Positions 45,637-54,100 of a DNA stretch of 64,000 nucleotides are shown in pieces. Position 1 is the stretch's first letter. Each line of letters starts with the position of its first letter. The stretch covers positions 3,096 to 67,095 of the forward strand of contig JAAYEK010000151.1 in NCBI GenBank assembly GCA_012728785.1, written 5' to 3'. The notes under the pieces were generated by a model. It did not search any database. It was not told the DNA's origin and was given only the letters and a program-made list of their open reading frames with translations. Position numbers and translations under genes: made by a program. This DNA comes from Bacillota bacterium (lineage in GTDB: Bacteria > Bacillota > UBA4882 > UBA8346).

Positions 45637-46470
45637 TCAAGCGCTAAAACTTGGACAAGAATCCAGCAAAGGATAATTAAATATTTCAAATTTCACTTGA
45701 CCATCTTTAGTCAAAATACCGCTGAATACCATTTTTTCTTCATACTTTGAATTGTTATTGAGAAAATCCGTCCATTCTTTTCTACGGAGCATTCTTTTTT
45801 CCAAGTGAACGGTAATTTTATTTCCTTCTACTTGATAAGTGCCTTTATAAATTAACTTGGGAATATTGGTATCATGGTTTATAAAAAATTTATTATCATA
45901 AAACCAAAATTCTACTTGTTTATTTTTAGAAAATTTCGCGCCACCTACAAAGTTATAGATCCCTTCTCCAACGATATACCATTCTAACCCAGTCAAAATT
46001 TCTTCAACATCAACTGTTTTGGTAGGAGAAAGACCAATAAGGATTAAATAACGGAAATCCTTTCGGATTATATCTAAATCCGGATCAGTTTTAATTTTTA
46101 GAATGTAAGCCGGATTTAGTTTCTTTACTATTTGTAAATGCTCGAAAATCTCTTCGTAATGATCATATCCAAACTCTTCATCGCTTTTTGCCAATACTCC
46201 TATGGTGCAAGCATAGTTATAATGCGCTAAATAGTATGTGTTATCACTTGTGAATGATTTCTTAAACAAATCCAAAGCTTCTTCATATTTACCCTCTTTA
46301 TACAGTTTAAAACCCTTATTATTTAGATCAATAGCTGCTTCTCGATGACTAGTCGGCGAGTTAGTTTTTATCGAATCTGCTTGAGAAATAAAGGGTTGAT
46401 TTATAATAAGGCATAAAGCAAAACAAAATATAGTTAGTATCATAATCTTTAATTGTAAATAACGGATCAT
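45637..46470 (-). CDS. Secreted TPR-containing protein, unknown function (candidate immunity protein)
   Basis: The ATG at 46470 is preceded by GAGGTGA. It has a signal peptide (MILTIFCFALCLII...ISQA) and a TPR-like segment AIDLNNKGFKLYKEGKYEEALDLFKKSF. Confidence 0.6.
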   Translation of the reverse strand: MIRYLQLKIMILTIFCFALCLIINQPFISQADSIKTNSPTSHREAAIDLNNKGFKLYKEGKYEEALDLFKKSFTSDNTYYLAHYNYACTIGVLAKSDEEFGYDHYEEIFEHLQIVKKLNPAYILKIKTDPDLDIIRKDFRYLILIGLSPTKTVDVEEILTGLEWYIVGEGIYNFVGGAKFSKNKQVEFWFYDNKFFINHDTNIPKLIYKGTYQVEGNKITVHLEKRMLRRKEWTDFLNNNSKYEEKMVFSGILTKDGQVKFEIFNYPLLDSCPSFSA

Positions 46471-46514
46471 CCTTATCACCTCTTATTATTTCTTTAGTTA
46501 TAACCAAAGTAAAA

Positions 46515-47261
46515 TCAATGCTTCATTGCTGTTTTTACATCATTTTTAAACTTCTCCCAATTCGAATTATTTTCTCCATAAAATAATTTTGGACAATCTT
46601 TCTTAGCAAAATCATAATGTCGCAACAAACCATTTTGAACATCTAATTGATATTGTTTAAGCCTATCAGCAACTAAACGAACAAGGGTTGTATATGTTTT
46701 TGTACTAAAATTTCCTTCTGCATCTATTGGTTCAACTTCAATAGAAATAGCCCAATCATTATGATTGCGTTCCTCTTTCCCATTTCTAGTTATGAAGAAA
46801 CGTTTTTTACAAAGTTCGGTAATATTCTCAGGATGTTTTTTATCCCACCCATTAGCAAATGCTGTCTCTTCTTCAGGAACTATCAATAAAGCTTCTCCAT
46901 CAACACCAATAATATAATTGGAACTCACATCCTTATTCGTAATAAACCAATTTCGTGTTGCTTCTACTTTTTGATTAGGCGCAGCAGTCCAATGCACAAC
47001 AATAGCTTTTATTCCACCCGTTCTACGAGCACGCCTATTCCATGCCTCTCCATTCTTATATAATAAATTAGTAGTAATAGAATAATACATTTGTTCTTTA
47101 TTATAATAATTAATAGGTGGTATTGATTCTTGAGATTCTTTCTTCTTTTCCGGTGTTGTTTTTACCGGAAACGCTATCGCCTCATCCGATTCCAAGCATT
47201 GATTATGCTTCTCAATACTTATTACCCCACCCTTAACGCATTTCATTTTAGAATTATGCAT
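46515..47261 (-). CDS. Amidase_2 (PGRP/T7-lysozyme type) N-acetylmuramoyl-L-alanine amidase, likely the C-terminal part of a split DUF4280 fusion
   Basis: Contains IKAIVVHWTAAPN, SSNYIIGVDGE, WAISIEVEP and LLRHYDFAKKDCPKLF (Zn ligand and K-x-CP context). There is no close Shine-Dalgarno before its ATG, and the frame is open upstream to the TAA at 47316-47318. Confidence 0.8.
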   Translation of the reverse strand: MHNSKMKCVKGGVISIEKHNQCLESDEAIAFPVKTTPEKKKESQESIPPINYYNKEQMYYSITTNLLYKNGEAWNRRARRTGGIKAIVVHWTAAPNQKVEATRNWFITNKDVSSNYIIGVDGEALLIVPEEETAFANGWDKKHPENITELCKKRFFITRNGKEERNHNDWAISIEVEPIDAEGNFSTKTYTTLVRLVADRLKQYQLDVQNGLLRHYDFAKKDCPKLFYGENNSNWEKFKNDVKTAMKH

Positions 47262-47315
47262 GAGGGCCGATGCGCCTTCAATAATTACATCGTTTTTCCA
47301 ACTCTTCCACGGACC

Positions 47316-47516
47316 TTATAGCGACAGCCTGCATTGGTGATATTTCGGTATGCTGCAAAAATTAAATTTGTGAATACTTTTAGTAGTATAGTCATTAACA
47401 TTCGCTTGAGGCTTGCCTTGGATAAAAGTATTCCGCCCCGGAGTGACTTTTAGTTTACACGTCCCGCCTTTACTACATTTCAGAGTTGCTCCATCTACAA
47501 CATAACTGGTAGCCAT
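47316..47516 (-). CDS. DUF4280 (PAAR-like) domain, N-terminal part, ended by an in-frame TAA
   Basis: The ATG at 47516 is preceded by GGAGGTG. MATSYVVDGATLKCSKGGTCKLKVTPGRNTFIQGKPQANVNDY...FCS matches the DUF4280 N-half. The C-half motif PW...V.I.G..AL...S...C..GG.I.I follows after the stop. Confidence 0.7.
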   Translation of the reverse strand: MATSYVVDGATLKCSKGGTCKLKVTPGRNTFIQGKPQANVNDYTTKSIHKFNFCSIPKYHQCRLSL

Positions 47517-47543
47517 TGTAAACACCTCCTCGGATATTCATAC

Positions 47544-48581
47544 TTAAAGCTTTATTTTCTCAATAACGCTATCATGACTTAAATATAATAAATCTCCGAT
47601 TACCTTCTTACTAAAATACCGGCAAGTATAGCGCTTATTTAATAAGCTTTTACCTTCAAAGGAATAAATTTTGACATTGGTTTTGCTTTGATTATTATTA
47701 TCCATTGAGGTTTCCGTACAGATAAACTTATTTAATAAATATTCAATATGAAAACCGCTTAAATTAAGAAAGTTCTTCTTCTGTTCAATGACTTTTAAAC
47801 TTTTCATTGATAATAATTGTATAGTTTTTTCTTCAACGAAGAGTAGTGTATTATCTCTTTTAAACAGCCCTAATATGCCACCATCCGTTAAGAATGTTAA
47901 ATTAATTTGTTCAAAATTTGAATTATATTTTTTTAGTTGTGGTTTAGTTTTAAAATTAAGATGAATTGCGTAAATATTACCTTCTTGATCAATTACAGAA
48001 TTAACTATGTAGTCGTTATTTTTCTTTTGAAGCAGCTTACCATCTTTGATAAAATAGGATTTTTTATCTTCAGTATTAAATAGAACGTTCTTATAATCTT
48101 CAGAAATAGAATAATCGTTAATTCCTGTTTCAAAAACGTATTTCCAAATATCAACACCTTTTTCAGGATCGATTTTTCTTATCTCTCCACAATCATTGGT
48201 TACCGGCCCGGCTTCATTAATTAGTAATAATATCTCATTTTTTATTTTTATCAAATAATTTCCTTTAATCTCCCACAATTTATTTAAATCCAAATTAAGC
48301 CCAACTATATATCCCTCTGTTTCTAAAATAATAGTATTTTTACAAGTCTCTATAGCGAATGGTTGGTCTTTTATTGGAATAGATTTTATTAGTTTTAATC
48401 CATTATCATACTTGTTTAAAAAATACTTCTCGCTTGATTCTTGATGAATTACATACCAAGTACTATTATTGATCTCAAAATCAACTATGTTATTTGAAAA
48501 TTTTATTTCTTTACCTTGTGTGTTTTGCTGATTCAAGATAATTAAGAATACAAAAAATAAACTGATGAAAAATTTTTTCAT
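47544..48581 (-). CDS. Secreted beta-rich protein, unknown function (candidate immunity or adaptor)
   Basis: The ATG at 48581 gives a classic signal peptide MKKFFISLFFVFLIILNQQ. About 345 aa, Asn/Lys/Ile-rich, no family recognised. The longer ORF to 48647 overlaps the upstream gene. Confidence 0.6.
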   Translation of the reverse strand: MKKFFISLFFVFLIILNQQNTQGKEIKFSNNIVDFEINNSTWYVIHQESSEKYFLNKYDNGLKLIKSIPIKDQPFAIETCKNTIILETEGYIVGLNLDLNKLWEIKGNYLIKIKNEILLLINEAGPVTNDCGEIRKIDPEKGVDIWKYVFETGINDYSISEDYKNVLFNTEDKKSYFIKDGKLLQKKNNDYIVNSVIDQEGNIYAIHLNFKTKPQLKKYNSNFEQINLTFLTDGGILGLFKRDNTLLFVEEKTIQLLSMKSLKVIEQKKNFLNLSGFHIEYLLNKFICTETSMDNNNQSKTNVKIYSFEGKSLLNKRYTCRYFSKKVIGDLLYLSHDSVIEKIKL

Positions 48582-48612
48582 CTTTATCTCAACCCTTTCA
48601 GATTTTTTAACA

Positions 48613-50637
48613 CTATAGTAAAGGCTTCGTAATAAATTCAATTTCACCAGAATTTATAAGTTTTTCCGGATTGATATGTTTACCATCCTTCCTTGCAGTG
48701 ATATGAACATGAATTCCCATATTTTCAATTCCTTTAGCTGTGTTTCCCATTTTCCCTATTGCTTCTCCCTTTTTAACATTTACGCCTTTTTTAACGTAAA
48801 TCGTATCTACGTGACAATAACTAATTACTATTTCATCTACGTAACTAACTTGCACATACTTTCCTGATTTGTCTGTTACATTATCATGTACTGTTATTAC
48901 TATTCCTTCTCCAATCGATACTATATCTGGTTTTGTACCAGCTGGTATTGGCGCATAATCCGTTCCAGTATGCCATGTACTAGCACCTTCCGGAGCATCA
49001 GTTCTATAACCAACTCTAGAAGATACCCTATTTTGTCCCTTCACAGGATTAATCCAAGTATCAGCTTCTCCTTCTTTCTTTTTTACATTTTTTTCAGAAT
49101 TAATTCGGTTAGCATCTTTCCCTTGTTCCTTCCTTACCTTCGACCCGAAAATATGAATCATCCCGCTTTTTTCATTCTCATTCAACACCACCTTACTTTG
49201 GCCGCATTTAATATCAACCGCCTTTTTGGCGCTGATCGATACTTTCCTGCCTGCTTGCAAGTTCAGGTTGCCCTTGGACCGGATCTCCAGTTCATTATGG
49301 CTGGAGATGGTAACTCCCTTATCTTGGTCAAGCCGGATCTGCAAATTGGCTTCCTTTCCAGAGAGAGTTATCCCGGTTTGGTTCAATGCCAGTTCTTTCC
49401 GATGGTTGGTCCGGAACATTTTGGTATAAAGATGATCAACTAATCGTTCTCGATCTCTTTCAAGCCGCGTCGAACTGACAACAACCGCTTTATCCTCATT
49501 AGTTGAGGAGAATCGTATTTTTACATAATCTCCGAGTTCCGGCAGGCAATAAAACCCGGTGTGATTCTCAGCGCTATAATAGGTAGCATAAGGAAGCCAG
49601 GCCGCTTCTTCGGGAGGGGTGGGGTCATCAAAGTTGATTCTTACTTTGACCTTATCCTTGAGAGGATCATCATCCGGGCCGCCTACGTCAATCACATGTC
49701 CGTCCAAGGTTACTCCCGGCAGCTGCCGGTTATACCGGGGTTTCTGACGTAGTCCCCCATAAGGAGTTACTATTGTTTCAAAGTACAGTTCGCTGCCACG
49801 GATATAGGCAGTGGAAAGATAAACATAAAGGGCCGGCTGGATTCCCGGAAGGGTGACGGTATCGCCGATATCTAAGAATTGATTGGTCCGTAGTTTGTAA
49901 TAGACGTATTCTTCCGGGATACTGGTTTGATCATAATTCGCTTTCACAATCTGATGTTTGTTGATTCTTTTGATAATCCATAAAATAAGTGGCTCATTAA
50001 TTGAATATTCCTTCCCCTCAGGCAAACCTACACACAAGGAAGGTTTGCCGGCAATCGGGTCCGGGACCAGTCCGGTCTGAAATCGGGAAGCCAATCGCTT
50101 TAGGAACTGCCAGTCAGTCTCTTGGTACTGTAAGGTGAATTGGCCCAGCTTCTTTGATTCTTTGCTGTTTTTCTCCATCAGTTCTTTACCGGCAGAAATA
50201 ACCGCCGGCCAACTACCTGCCGCAATTTTATCAAGGGCCTTTTGGTAAGGCATCTCCTTATTTTGAAAAGAACGCCGCCGTCGTACCATGTTCAGCCAAT
50301 AGGTTTCCGAAGACCCGTTCAGCTTCATATAATAGTAGTTTTCGCCGGGAACAAACCAAAGCTTGATACGGGTGGCTACTCCGGCAAAGATTAAGGCCGG
50401 GTCGGAATTCTCCCCGGTATAGGTGACTTTGATCCGAGTCTCCCGGCTAGCCCGGTATAGGAAAGTTTCTCTTTCGGAAACTTCCACTCGCCTTCCGGAA
50501 AAAAAGAGCTTGACGTGATCATTAAGCTTCTTGGTGATTCGAAGATGCTTAACGGAATTCGGGTTGATCTTTTCTTCCGTCCCATCCTCCCAAATTAGGG
50601 TGATGGCAATTTTTTGAGCAACTCCCAACGTTACCAC
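48613..50637 (-). CDS. VgrG/gp5-like spike protein (late-control-D plus OB-fold) fused to a C-terminal M23/LytM peptidase
   Basis: 674 aa. OB-fold stretch GHVIDVGGPDDDPLKDKVKVRINFDD...WLPYATYY...GFYCLPELGDYVKIRF, then short beta-repeat strands, a Lys-rich linker, and M23 motifs WHTGTDYA (HxxxD) and GIHVHI (HxH). The start may be the TTG at 50628. Confidence 0.75.
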   Translation of the reverse strand: MVTLGVAQKIAITLIWEDGTEEKINPNSVKHLRITKKLNDHVKLFFSGRRVEVSERETFLYRASRETRIKVTYTGENSDPALIFAGVATRIKLWFVPGENYYYMKLNGSSETYWLNMVRRRRSFQNKEMPYQKALDKIAAGSWPAVISAGKELMEKNSKESKKLGQFTLQYQETDWQFLKRLASRFQTGLVPDPIAGKPSLCVGLPEGKEYSINEPLILWIIKRINKHQIVKANYDQTSIPEEYVYYKLRTNQFLDIGDTVTLPGIQPALYVYLSTAYIRGSELYFETIVTPYGGLRQKPRYNRQLPGVTLDGHVIDVGGPDDDPLKDKVKVRINFDDPTPPEEAAWLPYATYYSAENHTGFYCLPELGDYVKIRFSSTNEDKAVVVSSTRLERDRERLVDHLYTKMFRTNHRKELALNQTGITLSGKEANLQIRLDQDKGVTISSHNELEIRSKGNLNLQAGRKVSISAKKAVDIKCGQSKVVLNENEKSGMIHIFGSKVRKEQGKDANRINSEKNVKKKEGEADTWINPVKGQNRVSSRVGYRTDAPEGASTWHTGTDYAPIPAGTKPDIVSIGEGIVITVHDNVTDKSGKYVQVSYVDEIVISYCHVDTIYVKKGVNVKKGEAIGKMGNTAKGIENMGIHVHITARKDGKHINPEKLINSGEIEFITKPLL

Positions 50638-50859
50638 CTCTGCATCTTAGTTTTTATTAACCTCAATCCGACAAGTCTGTTTCTTAACATTTCTAACTGG
50701 TTACTTGCCGGATGGAAAATAAATGAATATCCCCTCGCTTTATAACACAAGACAAAAAAAGGAAACTGGCCCCAATTATATTCGATAATTAGTTTCCGTT
50801 TCCTTCTCTAATATTAAAATTTATCTAATTTTGCCAAGTAAATGATTTAGCCTTGAAGT

Positions 50860-50899
50860 AAAAAAAGCTGCCTCGAAATTATTATTACTTCGAGACAGC
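50860..50899 (-). terminator. Rho-independent terminator separating the mnmA-side genes from the AT-rich island
   Basis: Perfect 11-bp stem GCTGCCTCGAA / TTCGAGGCAGC with an 11-nt loop, followed by TTTTTTT on the minus strand, just after the stop at 50908. Confidence 0.7.
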
Positions 50900-50907
50900 C
50901 CCTGTAT

Positions 50908-51129
50908 TCACTGCATCCTCCGGGCCATTCGGCGGGAAAAGGCTTCGGTGCCGTTTTTTAGAGCCGAAGTCCACCTCATTGTATTATCCCGGACCATTCT
51001 CACGGCGCCACGGGCATTATTTGTCGAAGCGGTATTCATCATCCCTCTTCTCCGGCCGGTCAGCATCACCAAACCAACGGCTGCCCCGACCAAACTCCCG
51101 GTGACCAAACTTCGTAAAACCCTATTCAT
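50908..51129 (-). CDS. Small Arg-rich hypothetical protein with one hydrophobic segment
   Basis: 73 aa. The ATG is preceded by GAGGTG at 8 nt. No family recognised. Confidence 0.55.
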   Translation of the reverse strand: MNRVLRSLVTGSLVGAAVGLVMLTGRRRGMMNTASTNNARGAVRMVRDNTMRWTSALKNGTEAFSRRMARRMQ

Positions 51130-51213
51130 ACTATTTCACCTCTTTCCGGTCTTGATCAACTGAAACGAATCAATCCAAAATTATTATTTCCACCGGAAAG
51201 AGAGTTAATTCCC

Positions 51214-52293
51214 TCATTCAAGAGCTCTTTCGATAATTCCGCCCCCCAATACCAGGTCATCCTGGTAAAAAACTACTGCCTGTCCTGGAGTCACCGCCCG
51301 TTGCGGTTCATCAAAAATCACTTCCACTCCTGCACCATATGGCACGATCCGGGCCGAGGCAGGCTTGGCGGCATATCTGATCTTCGCTGTTGCCTTTAAC
51401 TCCCGATCAAAACTGTCAAAAGCAATCCAATTAAGATTGGTGGCAGACAATCTATTAGCAAAAACAGAGTCTGCCGGACCGACAATCACCTCGTTCCGCT
51501 TTGGATCGATAGCGGTCACGAATAACGGGACCCCAGCGGCGATCCCCAACCCTTTACGTTGCCCGATGGTGAAATTGGTGATCCCGGCATGCTCTCCCAA
51601 AACTTTTCCATCTAAATCGACAATTTTTCCAGGTTTAGTCGAACCCGGCCGATATTCCTCGATAAACCGCCGGTAATCCTGATCGGGCACGAAACAGATC
51701 TCCTGGCTCTCCTCTTTGGAAGCTACCGGAAGCTCATATTTAGCGGCAAGCTCTCTGATCTCAACCTTAGGATAACCGCCCAAAGGAAACAGCACGGCTT
51801 CCAGTTGCTCTTGGGTTAAACCGTAAAGGACATAACTTTGGTCTTTGGCCGGATCAATCCCCTTCCTTAATTCCCAACGGCCATCCACAGGCTGCCCGTG
51901 CTTTCGGACATAATGACCGGTAGCCACATATTGACAATCCAAGGCCTTTGCCTTATCCAACAATTTACTAAATTTCAAACTTTGATTACAGACAATACAA
52001 GGGTTAGGCGTCCGGCCTTGTAAATACTCGGCGACAAAATAATCGATCACATTCTCCCGAAAAGAATCGTGGAGATTAAAGATATAATAAGGGATCCCCA
52101 ACTTAGCGGCTACCGCCCGGGCATCCTCCACCGCCTCCAACGTACAGCACCCGTCTTCACCGTCGTTACCAGGCAAATCCGAAGACCAAAGCTGCATCGT
52201 CGCGCCAATCACTTCATGTCCTTGTTCCAGAAGGAGGGCCCCAGCCACTGAACTGTCCACTCCCCCGCTCATCGCCACCAATACTCTTGCCAT
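51214..52293 (-). CDS. mnmA: tRNA 2-thiouridine(34) synthase MnmA
   Basis: 359 aa with the PP-loop SGGVDSS and conserved NPCIVCN, ATGHY. Confidence 0.95.
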   Translation of the reverse strand: MARVLVAMSGGVDSSVAGALLLEQGHEVIGATMQLWSSDLPGNDGEDGCCTLEAVEDARAVAAKLGIPYYIFNLHDSFRENVIDYFVAEYLQGRTPNPCIVCNQSLKFSKLLDKAKALDCQYVATGHYVRKHGQPVDGRWELRKGIDPAKDQSYVLYGLTQEQLEAVLFPLGGYPKVEIRELAAKYELPVASKEESQEICFVPDQDYRRFIEEYRPGSTKPGKIVDLDGKVLGEHAGITNFTIGQRKGLGIAAGVPLFVTAIDPKRNEVIVGPADSVFANRLSATNLNWIAFDSFDRELKATAKIRYAAKPASARIVPYGAGVEVIFDEPQRAVTPGQAVVFYQDDLVLGGGIIERALE

Positions 52294-52409
52294 TTGATCA
52301 TCCGTTCTCTATTTCGTTACCTGTAAGATGTTAAACATGGAAACACATCCGGGTACATTAATTTCTCCGATTTACATTCACTTACAAAACCCGTAAGGCG
52401 TAATCGGTT

Positions 52410-52793
52410 TTAACCCGCAACAACCTTAGCTCGATAATCCTCAATCGCCTTATGCACTGCGTCGGCGGCTAAATTCGAACAATGCATCTTTTGTGGGGGC
52501 AGTCCATCCAGAGCTTCCGCCACTGCTTTGTTTGTGATCCGTAAAGCTTCATCCAAGGTTTTACCTTTCACCATCTCCGTCACCATGCTACTGGTGGCGA
52601 TGGCTGCACCGCAGCCGAAGGTCTTAAACTTAACGTCGGCGATTCGGTCGTCCTCAACCTTGAGATAAATCTTCATAATATCTCCACAAACCACGTTACC
52701 TACCTCACCGATGCCGTCGGCATCAACTATTTCACCTACATTGCGCGGGTTTTGAAAATGATCCATTACCTTGTCAGTGTACATGTCGAACAC
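52410..52793 (-). CDS. iscU: Fe-S cluster scaffold protein IscU/NifU-like
   Basis: 127 aa with three scaffold Cys (VVCGDIMK, FGCGAAIA, HCSNLA). Confidence 0.9.
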   Translation of the reverse strand: MFDMYTDKVMDHFQNPRNVGEIVDADGIGEVGNVVCGDIMKIYLKVEDDRIADVKFKTFGCGAAIATSSMVTEMVKGKTLDEALRITNKAVAEALDGLPPQKMHCSNLAADAVHKAIEDYRAKVVAG

Positions 52794-53965
52794 TCCTTTC
52801 GCTCCGAGTTATAAATTGGTGACATGGCTCTAAGTTTAGTAACGATTTCCGGCAGTACTTCCAACAGGTAATCAATTTCTTCCTTAGTAGTCGACTTTCC
52901 CAAAGTCAACCGGAGCGATCCGTGGGCGATTTCATGGCAAATACCCATTGCCAGTAATACATGAGAAGGTTCAAGGGAACCGGAGGTACAAGCCGAACCA
53001 CTGGATGCGGCGATCCCCTTGAGGTCCAGATTTAATAAGAGTGATTCCCCCTCGAGAAATTCGAAACTGAAATTGACGTTTCCAGGTAGCCTCCGGTTCC
53101 GGTCCCCGTTCAAACGGACATGTTCGAAACCGGACAACAGATTGTCGATTAAATAGTCCCGTAAAGCGCTGATTCGAGTCATATTTTGCTCTAGTTCGGA
53201 ATTGGCCAGGCTTAACGCTTTAGCCATTCCAACAATTCCAGCGACATTCTCCGTACCGGCCCGCCGGTTATGTTCCTGACCACCACCGTAAATCAAAGGC
53301 ACCAGCTTTACGCCCTTACGGACGTATAAAGCGCCAACGCCCTTCGGGCCGTAAAACTTGTGGGCCGACATTGACAAAAGATCCACCGAAAGCTCTTTGA
53401 CGTTTACCGGAATCGAGCCTACCGTTTGAACGGCATCAGTATGGAAGAGGATATTTCTCTCCCTTAATAACTTACCAATAGTTGCAATCGGTTGGATGGT
53501 CCCAACCTCGTTATTGGCGTGCATGATTGAGACTAAAATAGTACGATTGGTTAATGCATTGATTAGATCATCGGGATTGACTATTCCCTCGCGGTTCACC
53601 GGGACGATGGTCAGCTCAAAACCTTCCTTTTCCAAAGCTTTACAGGTGTCATAAACCGCATGGTGTTCGATGGCGGAGGTTATGATCTGATTCCCCCGGT
53701 TACGATAAGCTGCGGCTATTCCTCGCAAAGCCATATTATCACTTTCCGAGCCGCTGCCGGTAAAGATAATCTCGCTGGGTTCGGCGGCGCCGATCTCTCC
53801 GGCAATAACCGCCCTAGCGTCCTTAATAACCTTTCGATTCTCCCGCCCAAATGAATGAATGCTGGAAGGATTGGCAAAATGCTCCCCTAGGTAAGGCAAG
53901 ATCGCTTCCAAAACTCTTGGGTCAACCGGAGTAGTGGCGGCATGGTCGAGATAAATCCGCTTCAT
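52766..53965 (-). CDS. nifS: Cysteine desulfurase NifS/IscS
   Basis: 399 aa with PLP-Lys context SAHKFYGPKG and active-site SSGSACTS. Confidence 0.95.
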   Translation of the reverse strand: MKRIYLDHAATTPVDPRVLEAILPYLGEHFANPSSIHSFGRENRKVIKDARAVIAGEIGAAEPSEIIFTGSGSESDNMALRGIAAAYRNRGNQIITSAIEHHAVYDTCKALEKEGFELTIVPVNREGIVNPDDLINALTNRTILVSIMHANNEVGTIQPIATIGKLLRERNILFHTDAVQTVGSIPVNVKELSVDLLSMSAHKFYGPKGVGALYVRKGVKLVPLIYGGGQEHNRRAGTENVAGIVGMAKALSLANSELEQNMTRISALRDYLIDNLLSGFEHVRLNGDRNRRLPGNVNFSFEFLEGESLLLNLDLKGIAASSGSACTSGSLEPSHVLLAMGICHEIAHGSLRLTLGKSTTKEEIDYLLEVLPEIVTKLRAMSPIYNSERKECSTCTLTR

Positions 53966-54100
53966 TTAACATCCCTTCTTACTAATTAATGAATCCTAAT
54001 TAAGTTTAATTCCCACTAATTCACTAGACTTTGCTTAAATCCTACCACACTCCCACTGGACTGTCAGTAACTAATTTAACCATATTGAATAATTTATGGT

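Noticed and set aside
50770-50806. Inverted repeat GGAAACT-N23-AGTTTCC upstream of the spike gene as an operator or att site
   Set aside because: The arms are only 7 bp with a long loop, and there is no second copy at the other island boundary that I could find. It is likely chance in AT-rich DNA.
45395-50907. Interpreting the AT-rich island as a prophage or complete phage-tail-like particle locus
   Set aside because: Only the spike and tip components are present. There are no capsid, portal, terminase, tape-measure, sheath, tube, baseplate-wedge, holin or integrase genes and no flanking tRNA or obvious att repeats. A degraded remnant cannot be excluded.
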